Assembly (NCBI GenBank): GCA_963674735.2
Contig: CAXXQS010000001.1
Coordinates: 2,496,001 to 2,560,000 of the forward strand
Length of the DNA stretch: 64,000 nt
Direction of reading: 5' to 3'
From: Myxococcota bacterium
Lineage (GTDB): Bacteria > Myxococcota_A > SURF-8
In this document: piece by piece, positions 45,624-55,851 of the stretch
How the letters are laid out: each line of letters begins with the position of its first letter
Numbering within the stretch: the first letter of the stretch is position 1
Program-made: the position numbers and the translations under genes
Notes under the pieces: model-generated
Told to the model about the DNA's origin: nothing
The model's input: the letters and a program-made list of their open reading frames with translations, nothing else
Database searches by the model: none

Positions 45624-47264
45624 ATGAGCGACCCGATCGACCGCGAACCGACCTTCGAAGAGCTTTTCAACGCTTCTCCAGAAACCCCCGAAGACGATCT
45701 TGTTGTGGGTGATGACGTAACCGGAACGGTCGTCATGATCAATAAAGAAAGCGTCTTCATCGACTACGGCGGGAAGTCGGAAGGCTGGGCCGACCGTAGC
45801 GAATTCTTTAACGAAGAGGATGAATTGACGGTCGCGGTCGGGGATGAAGTTACCCTTAAATTAGTCAACTACGGACGCTCGGGAGCCCAACTCGGCAAAA
45901 CCATGCGCGGTCGCCCCGGCGAATCGGGCTGGAGACTGCTCGAAGACGCCCAGGCCGCGGATGTTTCCGTGGAAGGTGTTGTCAGCGGCACGAACAAGGG
46001 TGGCTTTGAAATCACCGTCGGCGGCGCCAAAGCCTTTTGTCCCATTTCGCAGATCGACATCAACTACTGCGAAGACCCGGAGGTCTTTGTCGGCCAAACC
46101 CTTCCGTTTGCCGTCGTTGAAATCGATACATCCAGCCATCGGGCCGTTCTGTCCCGACGCCGTTTGCTGCAGCAAGAACGCGACAAACTGGCAGTCGTAA
46201 CCCGGGAACGCCTGGAAGTCGGTGTCGATTTCGAAGGGGTTGTGACTCGGCTCATTCCAAGCGGGGCCATCGTCGACATCGGAGGCCTCGATGGTTTCGT
46301 GCACGTCTCCGAAATCAGCCGCGAACATGTGGCCGATCCGGCCGATCGGCTGAAACGGGGCGATAACGTAAGCGTGCGCGTCACCCGCATCGGCACGGAC
46401 GACAAAGGGCGCGACCGCATCGGGCTTTCGATGCGCGCGCTGGAACCCGACCCCTGGGAAGAAGGGCTGGGTGTACAAGAAGGAGACCGCATTCGCGGTA
46501 TCGTGCGCCGTTTGGCCGCTTTCGGGGCGTTTGTCGAAATCATGCCGGGAGTCGATGGCCTGGTGCCAATTTCCGAAATCGCCTGGGAACGAATCGGACA
46601 TCCATCCGAGAAGCTGTGCGAAAACCAGAATATCGAAATCGAGGTGATGTCCGTCGATTACGAACGCCAGCGCATCAGCCTGTCGTATAAAGCCACCTTA
46701 CCGCCCCCGGCCCCGGTCGAACACAAAGTGGATGACCGGGAAACACGTAGCGGCAACGTGATCCGGCGTCGGACTGATCGGGGATCGAAAGCCGAAGTCG
46801 TCGAGGAGGCACCCGTGGTGGATTCCCGTCCTCCGAGCGATGCCTGGGCCGAAGCGGATGCGGAAGCCAACGCCAAAGCGCTTTCCGACGCCATGGACGA
46901 CTCGAAGGAAGTGGCTACGCTGAAAACCCCACGCATCGGAGTCGTCACCACCGGTGTCGTATCGGCCATTATGCCATACGGTATGTTCATCGATCTTCCC
47001 GAATGCGGAGCCAAAGCACGCGGACTCGTTCACAACAGCGAACTCGGCGGTGTCGCCTCCAACCCGCAGCAGGGTATTCAGGAAGGGGACAGCATCGAGG
47101 TGGAAATCGTCAAGATCGATGAATTGGGTCGTTTGGGATTGAGCCGCAAAGCCGTCATCGAACGACGCGAACGCGAAGAACTTGCACGTTTTCAGAAGGA
47201 CGAAAGCCGCGTGAAGATGAATCCGCTGGCCGCCAAGCTGGCCAATTTGAAGCTGAATAAGTAA
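45624..47264 (+). CDS. Ribosomal protein S1-like multi-S1-domain protein (possible rpsA paralog)
   Basis: Five S1 repeats (AFCPISQID, DGFVHVSEIS, DGLVPISEI, GLVHNSEL) with a long low-complexity linker before the last. Confidence 0.85.
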   Translation: MSDPIDREPTFEELFNASPETPEDDLVVGDDVTGTVVMINKESVFIDYGGKSEGWADRSEFFNEEDELTVAVGDEVTLKLVNYGRSGAQLGKTMRGRPGESGWRLLEDAQAADVSVEGVVSGTNKGGFEITVGGAKAFCPISQIDINYCEDPEVFVGQTLPFAVVEIDTSSHRAVLSRRRLLQQERDKLAVVTRERLEVGVDFEGVVTRLIPSGAIVDIGGLDGFVHVSEISREHVADPADRLKRGDNVSVRVTRIGTDDKGRDRIGLSMRALEPDPWEEGLGVQEGDRIRGIVRRLAAFGAFVEIMPGVDGLVPISEIAWERIGHPSEKLCENQNIEIEVMSVDYERQRISLSYKATLPPPAPVEHKVDDRETRSGNVIRRRTDRGSKAEVVEEAPVVDSRPPSDAWAEADAEANAKALSDAMDDSKEVATLKTPRIGVVTTGVVSAIMPYGMFIDLPECGAKARGLVHNSELGGVASNPQQGIQEGDSIEVEIVKIDELGRLGLSRKAVIERREREELARFQKDESRVKMNPLAAKLANLKLNK

Positions 47265-47292
47265 TCCGAAATATCAAAGTCGGGTGGCGCAA

Positions 47293-49380
47293 TCAGTCCA
47301 TGGCCACCTTGATGCCCAGCCAACCGGTCGCGCCCGCTTCGGGAAAGCCCCAGCGTGTCTGGTAGTTGGCGTCTAACAGATTATCGCCGCGCAACCAGAT
47401 GGAGAACCGGGGCATAGGTCGAAATTCGACCCGTGCGCCCAGCACGTAATACATACCCAGTTCCCCCCAGCGCAAGCTTTCGGTATTGATGAAATCCTGT
47501 GGTCCGACCACTTCAAGACGCGAGCTGATCGATAACCAGCGCAACGGTTCGTTTTTCACAAAAAGCGTGGCCTTATGAGCCGGACGATATTCGAGGCGGT
47601 CGTCGGGCGAATCGAGGTCGAGCCGTTTCGCATATAAGTAGGCATAACCGGCCGCGATAAAGAAGCCATAGTCGAGCCGCAGTTCGGCATCGAACTCCGC
47701 TCCCGCCAAGCGGATATCGCCCAGATTGCGCATCTGCGTGCGACCGTCGCCGAGGGGCTGCTCATCGATCAACCCCGACACCTCCGATTCGAAACCGCCG
47801 AAGCGCAAGCGCGCCACGGTCCCAATCCGCCAACTCAGATCAAGCCCGAAATTCCAGGAGGTTTCCGGGCTGAGGTTGGAATTGGGTACACGCCGATCGA
47901 AAGCCGACGAAAAACGTTCCGATAATGTCGGAAAACGTCCCCGGCGCGCGGCCACGACTTCGATCACCACATCGGAATGTGGATTGATACGCATTTCCAC
48001 CATCGGTCCTCCCAGCCAGGCGAAACCATCGTCCGATCCTTCAGGGAAGTCCAGGGGGAAATCGAAACTGGTCTGGTGCCCGAGAATGGTGCTGACATAG
48101 CGATTCCACACCACTTCCAATTCATTCCCCGCCATCAATCGAACCACTGAAACGGCATCCTGGTCGGGTTGTTCACGCCAGTCTTCCGCGTGGCGGTCCA
48201 TCCTGGCCGTATAGAGCCCACGAAAATGCAGCGTCTCGATCACCGGCAGATCGAATGTGGAATTCATCTTGAGACGTCCGCCGAAGATGGAATCGTTGAA
48301 GGTCGACTGAAAGGCACGCGGCGAATCCTGTGTGATGTAACCATCGTTGTCGAAACTGTCGAGGGTATTGCTGAGGAAGGATGCAAACACCGTTTCTTCA
48401 ATCGTTAAGAAACCTAAATAGCGCCCTTTGTGGGAAAGGCTCACATTGAGATCCCGCCAGTCCGACCAACGCCAGAAACGTGGATTGCTTTCGTAAACAT
48501 TGGACGGAATCCCGTACGCGCCCTGAAAATGCGTCAGATTCAGATTGAGGGTGTGATGCGGGGCGAGCCGCAGTTTACCCTTGCCCGACACGTGCCAGTC
48601 GAAGCTGTCCGAGTTGTTGCGCTCGCCACCTTCCTCGTTTTTCGCTCCCTTGAAAGCGCTGGGCAAACGAAAACCGCCGATCCGTTCAAGCCCTCCTGCC
48701 ACGATCCAAGCCCCCGGCCCCTTCACGCCGCTGGCGCTCATGGAGATCTTCTCGCCCTCGATCAATCGCAGTTCAGCCGTAGTTTCATAATGCGGCGAAG
48801 ACCCCGGCTTGCGGGTGACGATGTTCACCGCGCCCCCCATACCACCCTGGCCATACCCGACACTGCCGCTTCCTTTGATCACGTCGATCCGTTGAACCAG
48901 TTCGCTCGGAACCTTCCCCAAATCGATTCGCCCGCTATACGGAAACAACAACGGCAGTCCATCGATCAAAACCAGCACCTGACGTTGATCGAACCCGCGA
49001 ATGGTAAAAATTCGCTCGCCACGCGCGGTACGCCCTGCCTGCACCGCAGGCAGGGAATCGAGCACCTCCACGACACGTGTCGCGCCCAGATCCTGGATCG
49101 CTTCACGACTGACCGATTGTACGGCCACCCCGGCATGTTTGACACGACGCCCGGCAACCGTTACTTCTCCCAACGTCGCCGGTTGTTCTTCCGCCGATGA
49201 TGGCGATTCTTCCTCGGCAGATGCTTCGGTGGAATCGCTCCTATCGGTCGTCTCTGTGGAATCCACGCCTCCGCCCTTGGCTTCTTCGGCTCCGACCCTT
49301 CCCCCGATCGTTAGCAACCCCAACACCAGACTCCAGATGAGGAGCCATCTCGGCCACATGTTTTTTACCCGTAATGTCAA
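47293..49380 (-). CDS. TonB-dependent receptor
   Basis: Signal peptide, EVTV TonB-box-like motif, plug motifs IRGF..VLVLIDG and RIDVIKG.GSV.YG..GMGGAVNIVT, L.PETS, NLLD..Y. Confidence 0.93.
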   Translation of the reverse strand: MTLRVKNMWPRWLLIWSLVLGLLTIGGRVGAEEAKGGGVDSTETTDRSDSTEASAEEESPSSAEEQPATLGEVTVAGRRVKHAGVAVQSVSREAIQDLGATRVVEVLDSLPAVQAGRTARGERIFTIRGFDQRQVLVLIDGLPLLFPYSGRIDLGKVPSELVQRIDVIKGSGSVGYGQGGMGGAVNIVTRKPGSSPHYETTAELRLIEGEKISMSASGVKGPGAWIVAGGLERIGGFRLPSAFKGAKNEEGGERNNSDSFDWHVSGKGKLRLAPHHTLNLNLTHFQGAYGIPSNVYESNPRFWRWSDWRDLNVSLSHKGRYLGFLTIEETVFASFLSNTLDSFDNDGYITQDSPRAFQSTFNDSIFGGRLKMNSTFDLPVIETLHFRGLYTARMDRHAEDWREQPDQDAVSVVRLMAGNELEVVWNRYVSTILGHQTSFDFPLDFPEGSDDGFAWLGGPMVEMRINPHSDVVIEVVAARRGRFPTLSERFSSAFDRRVPNSNLSPETSWNFGLDLSWRIGTVARLRFGGFESEVSGLIDEQPLGDGRTQMRNLGDIRLAGAEFDAELRLDYGFFIAAGYAYLYAKRLDLDSPDDRLEYRPAHKATLFVKNEPLRWLSISSRLEVVGPQDFINTESLRWGELGMYYVLGARVEFRPMPRFSIWLRGDNLLDANYQTRWGFPEAGATGWLGIKVAMD

Positions 49381-50543
49381 AGGCTTTCCTTTTCGTTGCC
49401 GAGTTTTGCTTCCGACGATTCTTCCCTAACCGCCGTCACGACTTCTTCGAGAAACCGCGCTTGCTCATCTTCGGAAGCGGGTAAAAGCAAATCCTGATGT
49501 TCCGCATAACCCAAACGGGCCGCGACCAGGTCCACCATGTTCTGCCGGACACTCAACACCCAAACGCCGCCCTGTGAAGGGAGCGTGCGCGCCAAAATCG
49601 GCCAGTGCCCTTCTCCACGCACTTCCAAACGGCCGATTTCATCCACGATCCACACTTTCCTGGAGTGAGTATCCATTTCCAAATGCACGGCGGCGCGCGC
49701 AAAGACCGTCTCATCGAATGTCCAACGTTTGCCGCTACCCCGCTCGCCACCACGAGCCAAACTCAACCTCGGGCCATCGGGTAAAAAGGCAAGATCGTAA
49801 CCCGCCTCCGCCCCCGGCCCAAACAGCGACGGCTGGATAAAACCACCCGGCGGATATCCGGCCTCACTCAAACGAGTCACCAAGGTTTCCAGCAGGCGGC
49901 TCTTGCCACTGCCCGGAGGTCCACTGACGATAAACAGCTTGGCTGCCCGCCGCGGCGCGCTCCAGACAGAGGCGTCACGTCCGATTTCGTCGGCCAGATC
50001 GGCCGCATAGGCCACCATACGTGCCAGCCGTTCGGTGGGTCCACCTTTCACGTTGCGCCCGAAACCGCGTCGCCAGCCCTTCATCATCTGCGGCAACAGT
50101 TCGACCCCGAGGGCAAAGGCTCCACCCGCTTGCGGAAAACCGATGCGTGAAAAGGCACGCACCATGCGGTCGGGGGTGATTTTGCGCGATAATCCCATAA
50201 TGAGCGAAACCATGATCCCCATACGAAAAACAATCAGGATTCCGGTTGTAAAGCCATCGATCGAGATGGGAAGGCCGTGCCATTCCCCGTGGCGCTTTCC
50301 GAGAAACAATCCCGATAACGCCGCGATGGTCAAACCGATCACCCAAAAGCGCGGATTGCCCACCATGCGCAACAGGCTGCGCTCCGTCACGGCAAACAAA
50401 CCCAGTAAAAGCGCCAATCCCAAAGCAGCTAAAGGCAACGACCCGGGCAACTGCAGGCCGATCGCCACCACCCCCGTCAACCCCATCAGCCACAAAGGGC
50501 ATTTTCGTTCGGGACGGCGCTCCAGGCGCAAGCGGTCAGACAC
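49377..50543 (-). CDS. Membrane domain (EcfT-like) fused to a THEP1/NTPase_1-type P-loop NTPase
   Basis: GTG start at 50543 with SD GGAGGAGG; about 4-5 TM segments; Walker A GPPGSGKS, GGF, GYDL, Walker B WIVDEIGRLE; no LSGGQ signature. Confidence 0.7.
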   Translation of the reverse strand: MSDRLRLERRPERKCPLWLMGLTGVVAIGLQLPGSLPLAALGLALLLGLFAVTERSLLRMVGNPRFWVIGLTIAALSGLFLGKRHGEWHGLPISIDGFTTGILIVFRMGIMVSLIMGLSRKITPDRMVRAFSRIGFPQAGGAFALGVELLPQMMKGWRRGFGRNVKGGPTERLARMVAYAADLADEIGRDASVWSAPRRAAKLFIVSGPPGSGKSRLLETLVTRLSEAGYPPGGFIQPSLFGPGAEAGYDLAFLPDGPRLSLARGGERGSGKRWTFDETVFARAAVHLEMDTHSRKVWIVDEIGRLEVRGEGHWPILARTLPSQGGVWVLSVRQNMVDLVAARLGYAEHQDLLLPASEDEQARFLEEVVTAVREESSEAKLGNEKESL

Positions 50544-51165
50544 GGTCGGCCTCCTCCCGCAGACGAAGAACGCGCCGCCCGAGATAGACACCGTAAGCTC
50601 CGAAAACAGCCCCGATTGAAAACGTCAGCGCCACCACCAACACAATCGCCCAGACACCCCATTCATCCCCTGCGCCGATCCAGCGGATCATCCGCTCCAG
50701 CATGGCGACATACAACCGCATCATGTCCCAACCGTAGATGAACATGACGGCAATCAGCGTTTGGACGATCACCGATAGCGTCACCAACCCGCCGATGAAC
50801 ACACCGGCCGGATAGCGCATCGGACGACGCCCGGCCAGCAGGTCGACGATCAGGCTCTCCATGGCAATGCCCAGCATGGGAATCACGATGATCACGCCGG
50901 GGGATATCAGTTTGAGCAGCATGCAGACCGCCCCCACCCGCAACGCGAGACCTCGACGCGGGTAGAGGGTGTGTCCGGCGATCAGAATCACGGCCCCGAC
51001 CCCCGCCATCCATACGCCTGAAAACGGGACTCTGAGGGCGTGCAGCAAGGTTCCCAGGGTCACTTCCAAACCGCCCCAGAGCGCCCCGAAAACCGTCGCC
51101 TGTATCCACAGATTGCTGAGTTTCGCGGGAATCGCAAGAGATGAATCGGTGCTTTCCTGGGCCAT
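50536..51165 (-). CDS. Small polytopic membrane protein, ECF S-component-like
   Basis: About 209 aa from ATG 51165 (SD AAGGA), about 6 hydrophobic helices, FGALWGGLE.TLG..LH...PF.G motif. Confidence 0.6.
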   Translation of the reverse strand: MAQESTDSSLAIPAKLSNLWIQATVFGALWGGLEVTLGTLLHALRVPFSGVWMAGVGAVILIAGHTLYPRRGLALRVGAVCMLLKLISPGVIIVIPMLGIAMESLIVDLLAGRRPMRYPAGVFIGGLVTLSVIVQTLIAVMFIYGWDMMRLYVAMLERMIRWIGAGDEWGVWAIVLVVALTFSIGAVFGAYGVYLGRRVLRLREEADRV

Positions 51166-51304
51166 ACGTGGTTTCCTTGTCAGCTGCATTGCGCCTCTTG
51201 CATAACAAGCGGGATACACGTCGGTCAAGGAAATAGGTCGAACCCATCCGTGCTTCCATTTCCAAGATGGAATAAACACACTCAAATTCCCGTCGGTCAT
51301 TGAG

Positions 51305-51332
51305 TTGACAGAACGCCCGAGCAGGCTACAAT
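51305..51332 (+). promoter_or_regulatory. Sigma70 promoter of sucCD
   Basis: TTGACA-16 nt-TACAAT. Confidence 0.65.
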
Positions 51333-51438
51333 GCCACAAGCTCCGGCACACTCCCTTGATCCATCCGGCATCGGTCAACACGCATGGGGATCGTGAAGCA
51401 GGCATTGGGATTCCGAGTTAGCTAAAGCGAGGAGGCAC

Positions 51439-52611
51439 ATGAAAATCCACGAACATCAGGGCAAGGAACTTTTCCGACGCTACGGCGTACCCGTTCCGCA
51501 GGGACAAGCGGTTTTCAGCGTCCAGGAAGCGGAAGCGGCGGCCAAGGCACTCGATTCACCGGTCACGGTGGTCAAAGCCCAGATCCACGCCGGCGGTCGC
51601 GGCAAAGGCGGCGGCGTGAAAATCGCCAAGAACCTCGACGACGTGCGCCGCTATGCCGAATCCATTCTGGGCATGACCCTCGTCACCCACCAAACCGGTG
51701 CCGAAGGCCAGGTCGTCAAGCGCCTGCTGATCGAGGAAGGTTGCGATATCCAACGCGAACTCTACCTCGGATTGGTGCTCGACCGCGCCACCCGCCAAGT
51801 CGCCGTGATGGTGTCCACCGAAGGCGGAATGGAAATCGAAGAGGTAGCGGCCAAAACACCGGATAAAATCCACAAGGTGTTCGCCGATGTCTCCAGCGGA
51901 CTCCAACCCTTCCAGGCCCGTCAACTCGCGTTCGCCCTGGGATTGGAAGGCAAACTCGTCTCACAAGCGGTGAAATTGCTGACCGGCCTGTTTAAACTGT
52001 TTACCGAAATGGACGGCTCGCTGGTCGAAATCAATCCGTTGGTCGTGACCGGAGACGGCAAGCTGCTGGCGCTCGACGCGAAAATCAACCTCGACGATAA
52101 CGCCCTCTTCCGCCACCCGGAATTAAACGAATGGCGGGATCCCAACGAAGAAGACCCGATGGAAGCGGAGGCGTCCGAGTACGGTCTCACCTACATCAAA
52201 CTGGACGGCGACATCGGATGTCTGGTCAACGGTGCCGGGCTGGCGATGGCCACCATGGACGTCATCAAGCATTACAGCGGTGAACCGGCCAACTTCCTGG
52301 ACGTCGGGGGCGGCGCCAACGCTCAGCAAGTAGCCAAAGCTTTTACGATCATTATGTCCGACCCCAACGTGAAAGCAATTCTGGTCAATATCTTCGGCGG
52401 CATCATGCGCTGCGACACCATCGCCGAAGGCATCATTGCCGCCGTCAAGGAAGTCAGCCTGACAGTCCCCCTGGTGGTTAGGCTGTACGGCACGAAGATG
52501 GAAGAAGGCAACCGTTTGATTGCAGAATCGAAGCTTCCGATCATCACGGCCGAAAGCCTCGACGACGGTGCACGCAAGGCGGTAGCGGCGGCGAAAGGAG
52601 GGGCGGCATGA
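51439..52611 (+). CDS. sucC: Succinyl-CoA synthetase beta subunit
   Basis: [48 protein letters not shown]. Confidence 0.98.
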   Translation: MKIHEHQGKELFRRYGVPVPQGQAVFSVQEAEAAAKALDSPVTVVKAQIHAGGRGKGGGVKIAKNLDDVRRYAESILGMTLVTHQTGAEGQVVKRLLIEEGCDIQRELYLGLVLDRATRQVAVMVSTEGGMEIEEVAAKTPDKIHKVFADVSSGLQPFQARQLAFALGLEGKLVSQAVKLLTGLFKLFTEMDGSLVEINPLVVTGDGKLLALDAKINLDDNALFRHPELNEWRDPNEEDPMEAEASEYGLTYIKLDGDIGCLVNGAGLAMATMDVIKHYSGEPANFLDVGGGANAQQVAKAFTIIMSDPNVKAILVNIFGGIMRCDTIAEGIIAAVKEVSLTVPLVVRLYGTKMEEGNRLIAESKLPIITAESLDDGARKAVAAAKGGAA

Positions 52612-53486
52612 GCATTCTCGTCAATCGTGACACACGCCTGGTGGTTCAAGGCATCACCGGCAAAACGGGTCAGTTCCACACCGGACTGATGCGTGAATAC
52701 GGCACCCACATCGTCGCCGGCGTCACTCCCGGAAAAGGCGGAACCGACTTCGAAGGCGTCCCCATTTTCAACACCCTGGCCGAAGCGAGAAAACAGACCG
52801 ATGCCAACGCCGCCGTGGTATTCGTTCCACCACCCTTTGCGGCCGATGCCATTCTGGAAGCCGCCGATGCGGAACTGCCGTTGGTGGTCGCCATCACGGA
52901 GGGAATTCCCACACTCGATATGGCACGCGTAATGGACGTGCTGCCCCATAGCGGAACTCGCCTGATCGGCCCGAATTGCCCCGGCGTCATCACTCCCGAT
53001 CAATGCAAAATCGGCATCATGCCCGGCGCCATCCACAAACCCGGCCCCATCGGGGTGATCAGTCGTTCCGGCACGCTCACCTATGTAGCCGTGGACCAAC
53101 TCACCAAACTCGGGCTGGGACAATCCACCGCTCTCGGAATCGGCGGAGACCCCATCATCGGGTCGAGCTTCATCGACATCCTCGACCTGTTCGAGAAAGA
53201 TGGTGAAACCGAAGCGGTTGTGATGATTGGAGAAATCGGCGGCGACATGGAAGAACGAGCCGCCGAATTCGTGCGCGACCACATGAGCAAGCCGGTCGTC
53301 GGCTTCATCGCCGGACAAACCGCGCCACCGGGAAAACGGATGGGCCACGCAGGAGCCATCATTTCCGGGGGAGCCGGAACCGCCGGCGCTAAAATCGCTA
53401 CAATGGAAGCCTGCGGCATCCATGTCTCCGAATTACCGACCGATATCGGACGCACCATGGCCCAGGCCATCGGCTGGAAAGGATAA
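52608..53486 (+). CDS. sucD: Succinyl-CoA synthetase alpha subunit
   Basis: [35 protein letters not shown]. Confidence 0.98.
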   Translation: MSILVNRDTRLVVQGITGKTGQFHTGLMREYGTHIVAGVTPGKGGTDFEGVPIFNTLAEARKQTDANAAVVFVPPPFAADAILEAADAELPLVVAITEGIPTLDMARVMDVLPHSGTRLIGPNCPGVITPDQCKIGIMPGAIHKPGPIGVISRSGTLTYVAVDQLTKLGLGQSTALGIGGDPIIGSSFIDILDLFEKDGETEAVVMIGEIGGDMEERAAEFVRDHMSKPVVGFIAGQTAPPGKRMGHAGAIISGGAGTAGAKIATMEACGIHVSELPTDIGRTMAQAIGWKG

Positions 53487-53514
53487 AATCTCACCAGCAA
53501 CAGCTTAAAATACC

Positions 53515-53551
53515 AAGCCCCGGTCTATTTGGCCGGGGCTTTCTCATTTTT
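53515..53551 (+). terminator. Terminator after sucD
   Basis: AAGCCCCGGTC/GGCCGGGGCTT stem followed by a T-rich tract. Confidence 0.75.
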
Positions 53552-53569
53552 CTTGGATAATCGAAACCT

Positions 53570-53986
53570 TCAATCGTCTTTTAGAAAATCTTTGATTTCC
53601 CGAAGCAACGTTTCCCAATCGAACGGCTTTTGGAAAAGACGGTTGACATTGAGCATACCGGCCGACTCGATTTCTTCGAGCGCTCCGTTTTCACCACTTA
53701 AAATAAATACCGGCACATGCTCGGAATATTTCCGAATTTCACGAACCAAGCTGAGGCCATCCAGTTCAGGAAGGTTCAAGTCCACCAGGCACAAATGAAT
53801 CGCGTCCCGATAGGTCTTGAAAAGGTTCAAAGCCGACACGCCATCACCGGCATGCACAACTTTAAAACCAGCCAACTTAAGGTATTCAATGAGAATATCG
53901 CGATTGGAGGGTTCGTCTTCCGCCAACAGAATCATTGGAACCCCATTACCATGTATACTGCGCTGGTCGGATTCATGCGAACTCAT
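53570..53986 (-). CDS. Single-domain response regulator
   Basis: LLAEDE, VDLNLP.LDG, ILSG, KPF. Confidence 0.9.
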   Translation of the reverse strand: MSSHESDQRSIHGNGVPMILLAEDEPSNRDILIEYLKLAGFKVVHAGDGVSALNLFKTYRDAIHLCLVDLNLPELDGLSLVREIRKYSEHVPVFILSGENGALEEIESAGMLNVNRLFQKPFDWETLLREIKDFLKDD

Positions 53987-54042
53987 AACATCACCTTTCC
54001 AAACGGCACGAACCTTGGGTCATCTCCGACCTCGAAAAAGTG

Positions 54043-54071
54043 ATTTTACCCCGATCAAGGCAAATTGGCAA
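54043..54071 (-). promoter_or_regulatory. Sigma70 promoter for the receiver gene
   Basis: Minus strand TTGCCA-17 nt-TAAAAT. Confidence 0.6.
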
Positions 54072-54111
54072 TCATTTCCGCCATCCCGCAACGAAAGATA
54101 AAAAGCGAGGC

Positions 54112-54951
54112 TCAACCCTTCTCACTGGAGGGCTGGGCAACATCCGGCGGGATTTCCCCCGTCAAGCGCCCGCGATCTTTCCAAGCGATGGTCAAGAAAA
54201 CAAAACCTAGCAGAAAGAAGGGTATGCTGAGGTACTGCCCCATCGTCAAGACCGATGACGTACTCAAGGTTTGGTATTCCTTGAAGAATTCAACCACAAA
54301 CCGCCCGGCGAAATACAGAACCAGAAAAGTTCCGATCAGAAGCCCGCGCGGGCGCCGGTTTTTCATCTTGGTGTCCATGATCAGAAGAACGACAAAAATG
54401 AACAAGCCCATAGCCGCTTCATACAACTGCGAGGGATGACGGGCAAATCGGCCGCCGTCGAACGCGCGCGGAAAATGCACGGCCCACGGAACATCCGTCA
54501 CTCGGCCCACGATTTCCGAGTTGAAAAAATTGCCGATCCGCACGAAGGTCGCCGCCGTCACGGCCGCCCAAGCCGTATAATCCTGCACGACCAGCAAGGG
54601 GATTCGCTTGGCGTAGGCGTAAACGAAAGAACCGATAATCAAACCGATCGTCCCGCCATGGCTGGCCAGCCCCCCCTTCCAGATGTACAACATTTCGATG
54701 GGGTTGGCTAAATATCGTGCGGGTTCGTAAAAAAGGCAGTGCCCGAAGCGCGCACCCAAAATGCCGAGAATCGTCATGTAATAGAAATAACTGTAGATTT
54801 TATCCTCCGGGTAGTTCATACGCTCCAAAGAACGCCGCCAGAGGGTAAAACCGATCAAGATACCAGTGGCAAACAGCAGACCATAGTAGCGAATCTGAAG
54901 CGGACCCAGCCTCAAAATAGTCGGGTCCACATCCCAGACAAAATGTTCCAT
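54112..54951 (-). CDS. lgt: Prolipoprotein diacylglyceryl transferase
   Basis: IRYYG, GAR, IWKGGLASHGG, RIGNFFNSE, RHPSQLYE, RF.VEF, MGQ.LS. Confidence 0.96.
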   Translation of the reverse strand: MEHFVWDVDPTILRLGPLQIRYYGLLFATGILIGFTLWRRSLERMNYPEDKIYSYFYYMTILGILGARFGHCLFYEPARYLANPIEMLYIWKGGLASHGGTIGLIIGSFVYAYAKRIPLLVVQDYTAWAAVTAATFVRIGNFFNSEIVGRVTDVPWAVHFPRAFDGGRFARHPSQLYEAAMGLFIFVVLLIMDTKMKNRRPRGLLIGTFLVLYFAGRFVVEFFKEYQTLSTSSVLTMGQYLSIPFFLLGFVFLTIAWKDRGRLTGEIPPDVAQPSSEKG

Positions 54952-55029
54952 GACTCTCCCTCCAAATCAAAAGCTATCGGGAATATGGATCAAGGAAGGC
55001 TTAACTGCAAGCAATTCCGACACAAACTC

Positions 55030-55731
55030 TCAACTTTGTTCGTCCAGTACCTCGCTCAGCGAGTTGACATAACGCTGAACATCGCCTTTATGCTTGCGGG
55101 AATCGAATAGAAGCTGAACGCCGATACCGGGCCGTTCTCCACGTCGATTGGCCCAGACCACACGCCCCTCCATCACCATCGGACGTAGAAATTGCTTATC
55201 GTGCAGAAAGAAAAGGAAGCGTTCGCCTTCTTCAAGGATCCGATCGGTTTCGATATACAAGCCGGTGCTGGAAATGTTGGACAAACGCTCCCGTACCAGC
55301 TTGCGCTTAAAGAGGTATTCGCAACGCAGCGACACACGAATGCGGTTTTCCTTGCGGTCATCCACCGACTTGAGCACTTCGTCTTCATCTTTCGATGCAA
55401 CGAAGGTTAAAAGCTCTTTCAACGCTTTTCGGGAAGCAGGAAGAAATTCGATACCCACGCCGGGGGGCAACTGCGGACGCATGGGCGGTCGCGAATGACG
55501 CCAGACCACTTTGCCGTCCATCTCGTATTTTTTGGATGTCCCGACGAAAGCCAGGCGAAAATGCACCCGGCCCGAAACACTGTCACTGATTTTTCCCGGT
55601 GGACCCGCCCAGTGAAATCCGCCGATTCCCACATCGGGCAGAAAATAGTCGAGGAAATCCCGCTTATTGAGAAATCGGATCTCCACCTTGGGTATACGTT
55701 CGGAACTCTGTTGGTCGCGTGCGGCCGTCAT
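55030..55731 (-). CDS. Tandem PilZ-domain protein (myxobacterial TIGR02266-like)
   Basis: Two units ending G.VVW...G.G..F/L; the second has RKENR and NISSTG; start ATG 55731 with SD GGGAGG. Confidence 0.8.
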   Translation of the reverse strand: MTAARDQQSSERIPKVEIRFLNKRDFLDYFLPDVGIGGFHWAGPPGKISDSVSGRVHFRLAFVGTSKKYEMDGKVVWRHSRPPMRPQLPPGVGIEFLPASRKALKELLTFVASKDEDEVLKSVDDRKENRIRVSLRCEYLFKRKLVRERLSNISSTGLYIETDRILEEGERFLFFLHDKQFLRPMVMEGRVVWANRRGERPGIGVQLLFDSRKHKGDVQRYVNSLSEVLDEQS

Positions 55732-55851
55732 GCTGCCTGCCTCCCTCAGGTCTGATAGTATACCCGTGAACGCATCCAGGCACAACTTTTGCCCGCTATT
55801 GTTAGGGCGTTTCAATTCTGATTGAGTCTCGAATTATCTTCGATTGGTGAT

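Noticed and set aside
51166-51438. Searched for a cobalamin or TPP riboswitch or a Fur box upstream of the TonB/ECF-like unit
   Set aside because: No recognisable conserved boxes by eye; a covariance-model search is still needed
52323-53423. 366-aa - strand ORF
   Set aside because: Antisense shadow of sucC/sucD
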